Of a stretch of 64,000 nucleotides of DNA, positions 22,606-32,787 are shown piece after piece. The stretch is taken from positions 620,001 to 684,000 of the forward strand of contig NC_135770.1 in the NCBI RefSeq assembly GCF_052425735.1, given 5' to 3'. The notes below the pieces were generated by a model. It was given only the letters and a program-made list of their open reading frames with translations. It ran no database searches and was not told where the DNA came from. Position numbers and translations under genes: made by a program. The stretch is from Oculina patagonica. Its lineage: Eukaryota. Numbering within the stretch: position 1 is the first letter of the stretch; each line of letters begins with the position of its first letter.

Positions 22606-23390
22606 TCTTAGAGCATCTCAGCATTTCACGGCTGAACGTTTTACGAAGACTCGCGTTAATCGCCGTTTTAAAGCAGAATTTCATTCCGAGAATCGCCTCT
22701 TTCCAAGAAACCATTCGTAATCGATAATCAAAAGAGCTAAAATCTGTCAGGCGTCACTGGGGCACTTCCTCTTGGCCGAGTAACGAAACGAAAGCAACTG
22801 GATCGAAATTGCTACCAACCAATCAAATTTCAGCGCATAAATTTGTAAGGGACGGGGAGGGTAGGGATTTGTTTTGGAGAAAACTGGGTTGAAAATAACG
22901 AATTTTTTCCTTCGGACAACGAAACCAACAGGTTTTGGATCATTTGTAGTAAAAGCAGTCTCCCTTTTCGAGTAACAGACGAAATTACCGGGTTTACTCG
23001 CGAAAGAGGTTTTTGCAAAGCATAAATTTTTGACCTGATGAGGATTAGGCCATAGAGGACCACGGAGGGGGAGGGAAAAATTTGGTGCGAAAGCAATGTA
23101 AATAATTTCTAAACTCAACGAGCGTGATTACTGAGAAATAAACGTGATCAATACACACAATAGAGCTAGTTTCCGAGAAATATTACTGCTAATAAACTGT
23201 CCACCTCTCTGTTGCATTTATGGATAAGGTACACGTTTGCATTCTGTTAGCCTAGAGGGGGTACTGAAGCAATACTTGTCAAGAATCCTAAGCCAATTAA
23301 TTTGCACCTGTTATTTTCTTAGAAAAACCATTACCTGGAAGCTCAGGGTCACGTGACCGAATGCCAATTGGTTCTCGCCAATTCCTAGAA
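21027..23390. promoter_or_regulatory. Cluster of 12 STAT-type GAS palindromes (TTCYNRGAA) spanning the JAK promoter and first intron
   Basis: Sites start at 21027, 21090, 21226, 21269, 21625, 21650, 22240, 22684, 22701, 23171, 23316 and 23382. Confidence 0.7.
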
Positions 23391-23682
23391 AAGACAAAAA
23401 TATCATTGCATATTTCATGACAATAAAAAGACTTGACTGACATTTGAAGTTCAAAACAATTCAATCGATGTCAAGAAGACATCAAACCGTTTATCAACAC
23501 TCTACTGAATGATTAATCTTGGCTTTCGAGCCCAAAGATGCGAGTTACAAATTGAAAAATTCAAATTTAGTTTGCATTACGTTTCTATTTCGACGAAGTC
23601 CCGAAAGAACGTCAGATTACGAGCTTTGCAAACCAGTTAATACAGAGGCGACCCTCCCGTAGAGACAGCTGGGGTATACTTT

Positions 23683-24753
23683 ATGTCCCACCCAATTTTG
23701 CAGGTTTAAAGAAACGACGACGGAAAGACTCTTTCCGCAAGAGAAGGATTGTGTCGCGACAATTTTTGATGGTGGAGCGAATTCCTTCAGGATTAATTAA
23801 TAAAAAAGGCCTACGTTACTTCATCGAGCAGATTTGAAGATATTTTGTAGATAACTAGTGTCAGGAGACTGGATTTGCCGTTTTTCAGCCATTTCGTTGT
23901 TTAACCGAATAATGTTAGGGAAACTTAACCTGTTCTGAATTGTTAACTAAAACAAACTGCTAAAACTGCTTTAGCTCGTGGTTATAGTATGACTGAATGA
24001 TGCAACCATCCAGTAAAAGTACTAGCCGTATTCGTATGATCTCGCAATTTTCCTAGTACCGAGAAAATCGTGACGAGATTCCGTCCCTGCAGCAAGCGAG
24101 TAGCTCAAGAGTAAACTTCCTCAAGTCCCACCTTCACGAGGTGGGGCATACCGTAGAATTCCGGTTTTAAGCCCCCCCCCTTATAACCCCCCCCGTTAGC
24201 CCCCTCTTCCTGAAAAAAAAAAAAACACTTTACCCCCCCTATCCCCCCCCCCAAAATATTTTTTTTTTTTTTTTAATAAAAAATTTTTTCCCCCCCCCTC
24301 TTTTTTTTTTTTTTTTCCCCCCCCCCCCCCATAAACCCCCCCACCCCCCCAAAACCCCCCAATTATACCGGCCAATATGTCCTACCCACTTTTGCAGGTT
24401 TTAAAAAATGGCGACGGCAAGAGATGGATTGTGTCGCGACAACCTTTGATGGTGAAATGAATTCCTTCCCGGGATTCCTTCTGATCAATGAATAAAAAAA
24501 GGCCTACGTTTCTTCATAGATCAGATCTGGCAATATTGTGTAGATAACTACTAGGGAAAATCACCCTGTTTTGAATTGTCTAAAACTCAGTAAAACTACT
24601 GTAGCTCGTGATCAGTATACTACGAATGATGCAGTCATCCAGTAGAAGTACTAGCTGTACTCGCATGATCTCGCAGATTCCCTTTTACAGGAAATCGTGA
24701 CGAGTTTCCTTTCCTGCAGAAAGAGAGTTGCTCAAGAGTTAACTTCCTCAAGT
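23683..24753. repeat. Diverged direct duplication (~23683-24125 vs ~24377-24753) separated by a homopolymer-rich stretch
   Basis: Shared blocks ATGTCC(C/T)ACCCA..TTTGCAGG, GGATTGTGTCGCGACAA, AATAAAAAAAGGCCTACGTT, GTAGATAACTA and TCGTGACGAG...AACTTCCTCAAGT. Confidence 0.75.
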
Positions 24754-25799
24754 TGTGTGATGGTTCCCAGTAAAAGTCCAGTTTCCATCTCTGTCCCGAC
24801 AGCGAAAAACCTATCATCACACAGGCTCGTCAAAAAGGCTCTGAAAAACTCGAAGGCTTTAAATTTAATTCGGGAGAACGGGCCCGGTTATCTACCTTTT
24901 CAAGGGCAAGAATATTTTCACTCAGGTGCTTTTCTCAGGCGCACTACTGGCATACGATTCTGAATGAGTTATCGGTAAATGTTATGGAGATGACGTGGAA
25001 CGCAGTTTCTTACAGACACAGAAATGAAACTTATTGTTGTTTAAAACAAAGTTTGAATTATGCGCAAGCTCCCATAGGCTAAAAGCCCCGTTTTATCAGT
25101 ACAGCGTTTTCTCAATACGCACCTGGCACCTACCATGGCGAACTGTCAGTATTTTGTTCAATAAAACATAAAAAATCGCCGTGTTTTACTGATTGTTTCG
25201 CCAAAGCCGTGTATTGTACTGTCAAACCACTTCGGGTTTCAAAACAGTAAATATACTTGCTTATGTGGCTTGGCCTCGGGGACAGTTATAAGTTACTATT
25301 TCTTGATACCAGGTGATCTACTTGTACTCGACCTTCTTAATACGGTTAAATCCAATAGCAGCTGAGTTTATCCAGAACATAGATGTAAAAAGCCTTAAAA
25401 GTTTGCTTACTTACAGTAAAAGTCTTTTTTCTAGAAGTCTCTTTTGTTTGAGTTTTAAGCTCTAGGAGAACTATTACCGGTTATTAAAAATGATAAACTC
25501 GCGGAACAACTTCTAGGAAACTGATACAATTTTCTGAATCCATCGAAAACTACTTCCTTGTGCAAGATAAACCACCATTTGTAAAACGATATTTAATTCA
25601 TCATTGGAGAGGAAAACTTCCGCAAAACGAATAACAACAAAAAAATTGCGCACAAATTGGCCGGTAAAAAAAAAAAACTTCAATATTTATAACACTAGAA
25701 CAATGTGTTTTTTAACTAACTGTTGGCTTTTAAAAAGAAAGGGTTGTAAACAGGAGAGTCCTGTCGTAAAATAAGGAAGATAAAAAGCTTACGGTTTAA

Positions 25800-26263
25800 A
25801 GTGCACCTAACCCCCGAAACAATACATTCAAAATTGATTGTACATGAGTTAGAGAGTTGAATGGTTAAATATTTCTTCATCTCAATGTTGCGTTTTTAAG
25901 TTATGAAGGTTTATTTTTCCAATATGTTAATGAGTATGACGTCTACCCAGTCTTCATTCAATATACAGATTTTGACTGGTTCACACAAACAGTATCTAAA
26001 AAGCATTATCATAATACTCGCAATTTCCACAATTTTTATTGTAAATTTGGTGTCTGGTTATGGCGAGTAAATAATGATATAAGCAAAACAAGTATGCTTT
26101 AAAAGCCTGGGTAGACGTCATACTGATTAACATATTGGAAAAATAAACCTTTTATAGCTTAAAAACGCAACATTGAATTGAGATGAAAAAATATTTAACC
26201 ATTCAACTCTCTAACTCATGTACAATCAATTTTGAAAGTATTGTTTCGGGGGTTAGGTGCACT
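25800..26263. mobile_element. TTAA-flanked foldback MITE with ~155-bp inverted arms
   Basis: TTAA|AGTGCACCTAACCCCCGAAACAATAC...GACGTCTACCCAG and its reverse complement ...GTTAGGTGCACT|TTAA. Confidence 0.85.
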
Positions 26264-26356
26264 TTAAAAACTTGCATTTTGATGATAGACCAGAGAGAGA
26301 AGGAAAACACCGAAAATTTAGCGTTTTTTAAAACTTAGATCGGATGAATCATTCTA

Positions 26357-26784
26357 CAGTGGAACCCCGATATAACGATATGTCAAGGGAGCAGTAAAAT
26401 AATATCGTTATATCGAAGAATCGTTATTTTGAAACTCCCGGTATGATGTAAAATAACCGAGAATATCGTCATATCGGGGTTAACCTAACAAGTAATTTTT
26501 ACTGCCTATTAGAGGAGGATAAAGAAAATAATTTTGATAACAAGGCTTAGAACACAGTATCATTTTTGTATATCATCGTTCAAAGCTGTTTTTAGAAACG
26601 TTAGAGATGAATCGATTAATTCGATGTTTTGCAAATAAAATGTGACGGTGTAGTGATAATATCGTTATATCGGGAGGATTTTACGTTCGGTCCGCTAAAT
26701 TCTCATCGTTATATCGAGAATATCGTTTTATCAAATATCGTTATATCTGGGTTCCGTCCCATACATTTTAGACCCATTTTACTG
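26357..26784. mobile_element. Tc1/mariner (pogo/Tigger-like) MITE
   Basis: TA|CAGTGGAACCCCGATATAACG start, repeated ATATCGTTATATCG motifs, ACTG|TA end. Confidence 0.65.
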
Positions 26785-27426
26785 TAGTAAAATTTAGTCT
26801 ACCGATCGCCACAGAAAAAGGTAGACCAGAGGTTAACGTCAATTTTACTGTAGGCCATTTAATTTGCACAGTTACTTATGAGAATGGTTTCTTTTCAGTC
26901 CGTTTTCATTTGAATGTAGTTGTCGTTTGTTTGTTATCTACAATGGGTAGACCACTTGATGCTACCCTTGAGAATTATTTCTTTCAAATTCAAACAAATA
27001 GGCCATTTCCGAGTTACCTTTCGTCTCCGTTAGAAACGAGGCTACGTGCGAAACCATTCAAATGAAAATGAGTTTCACCTTCATGTTCATTTTCATGCAA
27101 ATCAAATTCATTTTCATTACGTAGCTAAAGAGGTCTATTCAAACTCAGTAAATTTTGATTCGTTTGACAACGGTTTGTTTTGAGAAATATTTGCCGTGCT
27201 CGTCTTCAATGTTGTACAAAGCAATCTTCGCGTATTCTCTATATCCCAGAGTTCTCGATTTAAAGTAAAGCACAAGCCGGAAGCATAAGCAAAGAGACGA
27301 ACCCTCAGGGTGGATGAAGCCAGCTACAATAGCCACTCCACTCTAGTCAAGAGCTTATATTCCTTATATCTGGTGGGTAACGATATCGATCCTTTGAACA
27401 ACACAGCCTGGGGTCGAAAATGAGTA

Positions 27427-27870
27427 CAGTCAAAGCTCTCAGCTCTCATAAGCGGACACCCTCGAGACGCGAAAAAAGTGTCCGCAACTGGAGCTGGCCG
27501 CTTACGAGAATGGTTCTTGTAAGCGGCCACTAGAGGTGTAGGGGATAGATGGCCGCTTACGGAAGCTTGCCCAGCTAACATAATGGTATTAGAATATGCA
27601 TGTTAGTGGTGTTTCAAAATGTAACCGGACGTGGATGACGACAAAACAAACACTGAAATATGGTACTGTAATTACAGTAAAATCATTGTGACGAACGGCG
27701 ATGTGAAGTTAATTGATTAATACAAGATACAGGGGTTTTCTATATTATTTTCTTAAGAAAAAGTCTAAGTCGTAATCTCGGAAAGTGTCCGCGGCCGCTT
27801 ACGGGAATGTCCGCTTACGAGAATGTAAAAATACAGAGTTTGTATGGGAGTAAAAAGGGGTTTCTAACAA
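27427..27870. mobile_element. Tc1/mariner-type MITE, related to 46110-46592
   Basis: TA|CAGTCAAAGCTCTC...ATAAGCGGACAC...GGCCGCTTACGAGAAT, reverse-complementary to the 46.1-46.6 kb copy. Confidence 0.65.
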
Positions 27871-27916
27871 GTTTATATCTTCTGTTGTGTCGTCTAATTT
27901 GTTTCATGAAAGTGAA

Positions 27917-28546
27917 GCGCATGCGTGCGAAAATGTAGCCTTACAAAATTAAGAAATAATTGATCGATCTACGCTTATTTATAAAATCGCCACGAGCCCC
28001 TGCATTAATAGATTCACCTTTTCGCGTGCAAAAAGGTAAGGTTTCCTGTAGAAATAAAATTGTACAATTGGGAATCTGAACATATGCAAATTTGGATTTG
28101 CCCGCAGTCATGCAGAAATACATTAAAAATATATGGCCAAAATCTCTAACAAACACATCACCAACTTCTGGCTTTGGAAAGCGCATTCTTAATGACTCAG
28201 TATATTCATGCAGTTAGTAATATAAAATGTTAAAATATTCAGAATTAAGCCACAACTTTACAGACAGCTTCACAGTGTGAAACGTTTCAGCTGGCGTTGT
28301 CTGTTCTTTTAATATTTGCAAATTTTATTCACGTGCCTAAAGGTGTTCTTGTAAATTGATATTTTCTAGCTTGTTTTCCTTGGAAAAATGGCTGAGAGGT
28401 ATTTAAAGTACTTTAAGCCTACGGCTATGAAAAGTACGCTATTAAGGGTATTATAAAAATGAAGTTCCTTGATCAAGCATAACCCTAGAAATGTAAATAT
28501 CAAATTTTCTTAAGCGTGTCAATTTCATTTTCGATTCTGCACCTAG
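27917..28546 (+). promoter_or_regulatory. Putative promoter, non-coding first exon and 5'-UTR intron of the glycosyltransferase
   Basis: GCGCATGCG (NRF1-like) at 27917; TATAAAA at 27980-27986; donor AAG|GTAAGG at 28036; pyrimidine tract plus CTAG| acceptor at 28546, 48 nt before the ATG. Confidence 0.5.
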
Positions 28547-28594
28547 GTCACGCAATCATTCAGAAGCTTCCGCCAAGCCGGTACCGAAGTGGAA

Positions 28595-30178
28595 ATGCAT
28601 TTGGTGTTAGTACATGGATATTTACTGGGTGGCACAGGCTCCAATGTCTACACAGCTAACATTGCGAAATCTTGGAAGCGTCAGGGCCATGCAGTGACAG
28701 TACTCTGTCAGGATCCCTTCGCCGATCGCCTCGATTTTGTCGACGAGTACATAGTTGGAAACGACAAGATTCCGTCTTCCGCCCCCAAAGCCGGTACCAT
28801 TCGAGTGGTGGTACCGGACATCAATGGGCTGCTGCTGGTCTACTGGTACGATCAGTATGAAGGATATGAAGTAAAGACCATGGTGAACTGTACTCTGGAC
28901 GAGATCGAAGCAAATATCAAGGGAACGGCAGATGCATTGAAGAAGGTGATCGCTCAAGGTGTCGATCGAATTCTCGCGAATCATGCGATCCTGAGTCCAG
29001 TGATAACGAAACGCGCCACGGAAGGCACCGGGATTCCTTACGATGTGAAAATACACGGCAGTTCCATTATCTTTTGCGTCAAAAATCGTCATGAGCTGAG
29101 ACGCTACGCTTTGGAAGGCATCAAGAACTGTCGCAAGCTCATCGTGGGGGCAAAGTACATGGCGAGCTTCGTACAAGAAACATTTGAGGCGGAAAAAGAA
29201 GAGATGGGGCTGCTGAAAAAGACCGTCATTATTCCCCCGGGAATGGATCCTGAAGTGTTCCAGTTCGGTAGATCTATCAGCGAAAGGCAAGAGGCGTTTT
29301 TGGAGAGCGTGAAGGAGTTTATTAAGAGAAAGCCGGGCGGTAGGCGAGCTGAGAACATTAAGCTTCCGGATCACGCAACGCGTGACCTAAACAAGGCGCT
29401 GGGGAGAGTTGTTGAGTCCTATGAGCTTCGAGCCGCGGATGCAGACCTCTGTGAGCGCTGGATCCCAGTGGAAGAAGACGAAGCTATTATTTGCTTTTTT
29501 GGCAAATTCCAAGAAACCAAAGGAGTCGGTGAATTGTTAATGGCATTTGCGACCATCGTCGAGCGTTTTCCCAGGGCGCGGCTGCTACTGATCGGATATG
29601 GAGGCAACCGTGAGCACTTGGAGGGGATGTTAGCAGCGATGATTCAGGGCAATTTTGAAGCATTTAAGGCGTTTGCAGAAGCAGGGAACTTCGTGGACCT
29701 TCCACAAGAAGCGGAGAAGTATTTCCGCAAGATTCCTGCAGGAAGAGTTATGATGACCGGCCTACTGGAGCACCCGCAGTTGAAAGAGATACTTTCACTG
29801 TGCAGCATTAGCGTCATGCTATCCAAAGCCCTCGAGTCCTTTGGTATGGTCTCAGTAGAAGCCATGTCCGCCGGCGTCTTGCCCTTGTGTCATGACCATA
29901 CAGGAATCTCAGATGTTATAAACACCGTCCAGGAGATTGACCCCGAGTTAGGAAGTATAATGCGCGTGGGGATACGTCCCGGTGGCGTACATGGCGTGGC
30001 AGATGGTGCGTATTTGGTGGAGCAGTTACCCAGTAAGGTGGAGAAAGCTCTGAATTTTCTGTATCCTAACGGCTTCTGTGATCACACCAAGCAGCGTGAG
30101 GTGTCCACCCAGCTGAGGTCTGTCGCAGTGGCCAAGTTTTCCTGGGATGTTATATGCAAGAGCATTCTAGAAGAATAA
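28595..30178 (+). CDS. GT-B fold family-4 (Glycos_transf_1) glycosyltransferase, intronless CDS, bacterial-like
   Basis: 527-aa ORF from ATG 28595. N-terminal HGYLLGGTGSNVY, FFGKFQETKG, the E-x7-E motif ESFGMVSVEAMSAG, and C-terminal FSWD. ATTAAA at 30247. Confidence 0.88.
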   Translation: MHLVLVHGYLLGGTGSNVYTANIAKSWKRQGHAVTVLCQDPFADRLDFVDEYIVGNDKIPSSAPKAGTIRVVVPDINGLLLVYWYDQYEGYEVKTMVNCTLDEIEANIKGTADALKKVIAQGVDRILANHAILSPVITKRATEGTGIPYDVKIHGSSIIFCVKNRHELRRYALEGIKNCRKLIVGAKYMASFVQETFEAEKEEMGLLKKTVIIPPGMDPEVFQFGRSISERQEAFLESVKEFIKRKPGGRRAENIKLPDHATRDLNKALGRVVESYELRAADADLCERWIPVEEDEAIICFFGKFQETKGVGELLMAFATIVERFPRARLLLIGYGGNREHLEGMLAAMIQGNFEAFKAFAEAGNFVDLPQEAEKYFRKIPAGRVMMTGLLEHPQLKEILSLCSISVMLSKALESFGMVSVEAMSAGVLPLCHDHTGISDVINTVQEIDPELGSIMRVGIRPGGVHGVADGAYLVEQLPSKVEKALNFLYPNGFCDHTKQREVSTQLRSVAVAKFSWDVICKSILEE

Positions 30179-31010
30179 GAATAGACCAGTTCACGGTTTT
30201 TCCCCCACTCTTTTCAAAAAAGTACAAACATGGTGAAAAGACAATCATTAAATGAGAATCAGATGTCGAAAAACTCTTTTGGTAAAATTTTAATTTCCGC
30301 AATTTTTAAAGCCTTTAAACTGAAGAGACCTAGAGAAAGATGATTACTAATTTTAAATTTTTGAAACACAAGAGTACTTGGAAACGTGTAGACGCGTTTT
30401 TTTTTCGTGCACGGCTAAGCCAATTCGCGTAAAACTAATAATTGCAAAGCAATATTATGAAACGCATACAAACAGTGTATAATGTACCATGTTTATACTT
30501 TTAAAATGAGAAAAAAACAGCAAAATGCCCTTTTGCAGTCAACACAATCAGGGTAGCTAAAACTGTTCTAAATACAGGACTCAAAATATATTCTCATTCA
30601 AATTACTTTAATTTTTGTTGGTACCTTTGGTCCGAGCCTGTATAAATTTTCGTTAGGTTAGTTTCGTCAGTCAGGTTAGTACGTGACGTATGCTAGGTCA
30701 ACCACAATGTCATTTCAAATGTTATACAAATGTTATACATTTTTATCAAAATCATGTCTATCAAAACATATATATCATTCTTATTTCTGTAGTTAAATAG
30801 TTAGGTCAATTTGTGAATATAGGGTATAATAGTGACTCGGGAGTGGTTAATAAAGATTTTTTTATACTTGGGCAGAAAAATAATTATAGTGGATTTTCTG
30901 ACATTACGGTCTCGTGGTTGCTGGCGGATTTAGGTTAGAAGCCCGGGTTTCCCACACTCCTTTTGCTGAAAAAATCACCCACCCCTATTGACGGAAAAAT
31001 GATACACCAG

Positions 31011-31431
31011 CCCGGGGGGGGGGGTACTTAGGGAAATTTTTGTTGGGTATGTGCCGCTGGCCTCTCAGAACCCCTATCCCATTATAGTCTTATTCTATGG
31101 CCAATTATAGTCCCCATCTTAGTCACTTTTGGGTAAATTTAATTTTTACGACCCCAACTTAGTCACTTTCTGGGAGCTGTTTGTCAAATATTGAACAACA
31201 GCAATAAATACGGTAACATTTTTTTCGGCGAATATTTCCGTTCATAAATCACAACTTGCCAGATTTTCGTACTCTCAAAATCCCGGAAAAGTGAGACCCT
31301 ATTCTAGTCACCCTATAAAAAATGCTTGAAATGGCGACCCCATTATAGTCAGTCCAGTCGTGAAAATGCGACCCCATCCAGCGGCACATCCCCATTAGCC
31401 CATTTATAGGAAGTGCCCCCCCCCCCCCGGG
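31011..31431. mobile_element. MITE with CCCGGGGG...CCCCCGGG termini
   Basis: CCCGGGGGGGGGGGTACTT ... AAGTGCCCCCCCCCCCCCGGG, with near-direct repeat (T/C)ACACCAG on both flanks. Confidence 0.75.
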
Positions 31432-31818
31432 CACACCAGCAGTCAACCCTCTCCATCTTGCCTCCCCCCTCCTGAGTACCTAAGAGTCAGCCACTGGCTA
31501 ACGCGCGCGGTGTAAGTTCTTCTCATCCTAAAATCCTAAGAACTTCAAACAAGTCCTGACATTCCTGGCTTTGACTGTTTACAGCGTTTCTATTTTCTCA
31601 GATCATTACAAGTATAAAGAGTAGAAGGCGAAAATCATGTGCGAAGCGAGCCCCAAGTACAGATACGACAAATTTCAGACAGGGTACATAAAGTAGTTTC
31701 CTTCTCCTGCGAGTACGATGACGTTGGTGCCTGCAGGCTCACGATAAAGTTTTGACAACTCGGCGTCGTCGGCGTCACTAACGACTCGCTGAATAAGTTT
31801 GTAAATTTTATTTGAGGC

Positions 31819-32622
31819 ATGGCGTTAGGTCGGTCAAAATTGCCTATGTTTGTAGCTGTAGTCTGCTGTGCAGCCATTCCGTTATTCTTCATCGTCAAGA
31901 GGGCTTCATTAAATGGAGGATACACGCTGTGGTCTGAGTGGGGAGCTTGTTCAAGTGAATGCGGCGAAGGAATCCGCATAAGAACCAGAACGTGCACAAG
32001 TCCTTTACATGGAAGATTCGGTAAAACTTGCCTTCAACAAAACCTTGGACAACCGCAGGAAGAGGAAAAGTGTAAAATCAAAGAATGTCCCATAGACGGA
32101 GGATTTACGGACTGGAGTGAATTCGGCGAATGTAGCAAAACTTGCGGAAACGACGGCGTCAAGAAACGAACCCGAACCTGCACGAATCCGCCGCCACAAT
32201 TTGAAGGCAAACCCTGCGAAGGTCCCGCAGAAGATACGCAGCCTTGCAACATTAAGCCTTGTCCAATAAACGGCGGCTTCTCCGAATGGGGAAGTTTTGG
32301 AGATTGCGATAAAACTTGCGGATCCGGTATCAAGAAAAGAACGAGAGCTTGTTCAAACCCATCGCCAGCTCACGGAGGGAAGAACTGTGAAGGGCCTGTT
32401 GATCAAGTCGAAGAGTGCAACACGGAACCCTGCCCGGTTGACGGCGGGTTTGCAGATTGGTCTGAGTTTGGAAGCTGTAGTAAGTCCTGCGGCTCGGGTG
32501 TACAGGCGAGGAATCGAACTTGTTCGAACCCGGCTCCGTCGAATGGAGGCAAAGACTGCGAAGGACCTCTGGAAGAGACAAAGGAATGTAACACAGACCC
32601 TTGTCCACCAGCTGCTGCATAA
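31819..32622 (+). CDS. Thrombospondin type-1 repeat protein (4 TSRs, coadhesin/ectin/hemicentin-like) with N-terminal hydrophobic signal or anchor
   Basis: 267-aa ORF. Hydrophobic MFVAVVCCAAIPLFFIV, then four (D/N)GG.xxWxx.xxCSxxCGxG...RxRxC..P.P..GG..C.G...E...C....CP units. Possible 5'-UTR intron at 31512-31601 (GTAAGT...TTTTCTCAG). Confidence 0.9.
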   Translation: MALGRSKLPMFVAVVCCAAIPLFFIVKRASLNGGYTLWSEWGACSSECGEGIRIRTRTCTSPLHGRFGKTCLQQNLGQPQEEEKCKIKECPIDGGFTDWSEFGECSKTCGNDGVKKRTRTCTNPPPQFEGKPCEGPAEDTQPCNIKPCPINGGFSEWGSFGDCDKTCGSGIKKRTRACSNPSPAHGGKNCEGPVDQVEECNTEPCPVDGGFADWSEFGSCSKSCGSGVQARNRTCSNPAPSNGGKDCEGPLEETKECNTDPCPPAAA

Positions 32623-32753
32623 AGGGTTTTGAGCTTTATATAAAGTGTTTGTAATAGGAATTTGAATTGCTCCAGTGTAGTATTTTTTTCTTTTGGAAAG
32701 ATAATTTTCGTTTTGGGATTTGGGGTTTTTTTTTTTTTTTTTTTTTTTTTTTT

Positions 32754-32787
<34 letters not shown>

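Noticed and set aside
24170-24370. Poly-C/poly-T tract as a G-quadruplex or regulatory element
   Set aside because: The pattern looks like low-quality sequence following a homopolymer and cannot be trusted without reads.
28622-29865. Antisense ORFs over the glycosyltransferase (and similar ones over the TSR gene and LINE)
   Set aside because: Shadow frames of real coding sequence with no recognisable motifs.
28595-32622. Glycosyltransferase plus TSR protein as an enzyme-substrate gene pair
   Set aside because: The GT lacks a signal or anchor (likely cytosolic), while TSR glycosylation is done by ER enzymes of other families (POFUT2, DPY19, B3GLCT). Adjacency alone is insufficient.
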